Assembly (NCBI GenBank): GCA_016840795.1
Contig: JAEORS010000001.1
Location: 1 to 43,559 of the forward strand
DNA: 43,559 nt
Reading direction: 5' to 3'
Source: Candidatus Thorarchaeota archaeon
GTDB lineage: Archaea > Asgardarchaeota > Thorarchaeia > Thorarchaeales > Thorarchaeaceae
Below the pieces are notes generated by a model. The model saw nothing but the letters and a program-made list of their open reading frames with translations, was not told the origin of the DNA and did no database searches. This document shows positions 43,045 to 43,559 of this stretch, in pieces (within the stretch, counting starts at the first letter, position 1; the number at the start of each line of letters is the position of its first letter). Both the position numbers and the translations under genes were made by a program.

Positions 43045-43559
43045 ACTGACTCTTTATCCCCTTGGAGTTGGTCTAACAACCGTTTACTCTCCTCCTCTAT
43101 CTTACGCTGTACAAGACGATGCAGCTCATGTTCAAATGTATGGGGAACAACCTTCACGACACTGCAGAGCTTGTCCACAATTCTGTCCGCCAGCGCGTGC
43201 GGCGACACTGCACCACCCTTGACAACTCCTTGGACAACCTCCTCACCAACACTGCCTATCACGATTGAATCGATAACGCTCATTATGGTGCCTTGAGGAT
43301 CGACATAGTATGGATTGCGGCTGCTATCGTAGAGAACTACGAATCCAAGCTTCTCGACGATGCTGTCTGTGTACCACTCAAGACTAGACTCCTTCATTCT
43401 GAGCCTAGAGGCAAATTCGGTCTTAGTAAGAGGGTTCGGATGACTCCATGGGTGTCGGGTCACCACATACAGCGTGGCTCCATAGAGAGGGTCACCTTCA
43501 CGAGGAGTGCCTTCCTGTGAGACATATCGTCTCACCAAGTCCAGTGCTATGTTCTGGTA
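43041..43559 (-). CDS. Hypothetical protein; the N-terminus may extend beyond the window
   Basis: The frame stays open to the window edge. A possible winged-helix-like segment is LTKTEFASRLRMKESSLEWYTDSIVEKLGF. Confidence 0.4.
   Translation of the reverse strand, partial: YQNIALDLVRRYVSQEGTPREGDPLYGATLYVVTRHPWSHPNPLTKTEFASRLRMKESSLEWYTDSIVEKLGFVVLYDSSRNPYYVDPQGTIMSVIDSIVIGSVGEEVVQGVVKGGAVSPHALADRIVDKLCSVVKVVPHTFEHELHRLVQRKIEEESKRLLDQLQGDKESV

Noticed and set aside
1-43559. A whole-window scan for CRISPR arrays, rRNA, IS elements, integrases, toxin-antitoxin pairs and defence islands.
   Set aside because: I recognised none of these. Gene content is housekeeping or metabolic, with no obvious compositional break that I could see by eye.

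Overview
This window reads as an archaeal chromosomal segment of about 48-50% GC. It is densely coding on both strands and carries archaeal information-processing genes: two TFB paralogs, archaeal-type LeuRS, aSUI1, RpoP, EndA, type-2 MetAP and GGGP synthase. I found no rRNA, CRISPR array, transposase or integrase. The most notable region is a compact selenocysteine-decoding locus at about 16.3-20.6 kb. It contains PSTK, a hand-folded tRNA-Sec (UCA anticodon, 9/4 fold, encoded CCA), SepSecS and SelB, plus an uncharacterised 216-aa ORF that sits inside the selB-spcS operon directly upstream of tRNA-Sec. That ORF is my best candidate for an undescribed Sec-pathway factor. SelD is not present, and I saw no selenoprotein gene with an in-frame TGA. 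Other modules are: (1) a tungsten/molybdopterin theme (MoaD-like protein, cyclic amidohydrolase, ferredoxin, AOR, ATC-hydrolase-like protein, ModE-like regulator, MobA); (2) an HdrA-MvhD fusion with a lysine-rich tail followed by HdrC and HdrB; (3) HypD; and (4) Get3/ArsA with a translationally coupled 32-aa TM micro-ORF. The eukaryote-like touches (CxxC Get3, Roadblock/LC7, N-terminally extended MetAP2, Sec machinery without methanogenesis genes) suggest an Asgard-like host, but this is inference only. All family calls rest on motif recognition by eye; no searches were run.
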